A DNA stretch of 23,032 nt from an uncultured archaeon (GTDB lineage: Archaea > Asgardarchaeota > Thorarchaeia > Thorarchaeales > Thorarchaeaceae). This document shows positions 23,032 through 23,032 of this stretch, piece after piece; position 1 is the first letter of the stretch; each line of letters opens with the position of its first letter. Position numbers and translations under genes: made by a program. The DNA lies in NCBI GenBank assembly GCA_964590575.1, contig CAZPWM010000046.1:1-23032 (forward strand), read 5' to 3'. The notes beneath the pieces were generated by a model that had not been told where the DNA came from, made no database searches, and saw nothing but the letters and a program-made list of their open reading frames with translations.

Positions 23032-23032
23032 T

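Noticed and set aside
1-23032. tRNA, rRNA, CRISPR arrays, transposases/integrases, selenoprotein UGA readthrough
   Set aside because: None was recognised by eye. Intergenic gaps are short and the ORFs end with complete C-terminal motifs. tRNAscan-SE and Infernal would be needed to exclude small RNAs formally.

Overview
A gene-dense archaeal window with short intergenic gaps, TTG/GTG starts and TTTAAA-type TATA boxes. It is most consistent with an Asgard archaeon, probably Thorarchaeia-like; this is inferred from a stand-alone gelsolin-domain gene and Ig-repeat/Thr-linker membrane-anchored surface proteins. There are about 20 protein-coding genes. Five are amidohydrolase/deaminase-type enzymes: SsnA-like, amidohydrolase_2, DDAH-like, D-cysteine desulfhydrase-like and adenine deaminase. 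The rest include a gelsolin + wHTH pair, a split-barrel protein, a MoxR AAA+/vWA pair, a TetR-controlled ABC-2 exporter with visible operators, a VIT1/CCC1 transporter, a SAM methyltransferase and three surface proteins. No rRNA, tRNA, CRISPR array or transposase was recognised. The most unusual items are: (1) an overlapping pair of membrane proteins that share a Zn-ribbon + B-box-like module, with a divergent Pro/Gln-rich, Cys-cluster membrane micro-protein; (2) a vWA protein whose N-terminus looks like a copy of its partner ATPase's AAA+ lid; and (3) the single-domain gelsolin. All calls come from reading motifs by eye; no searches were run.
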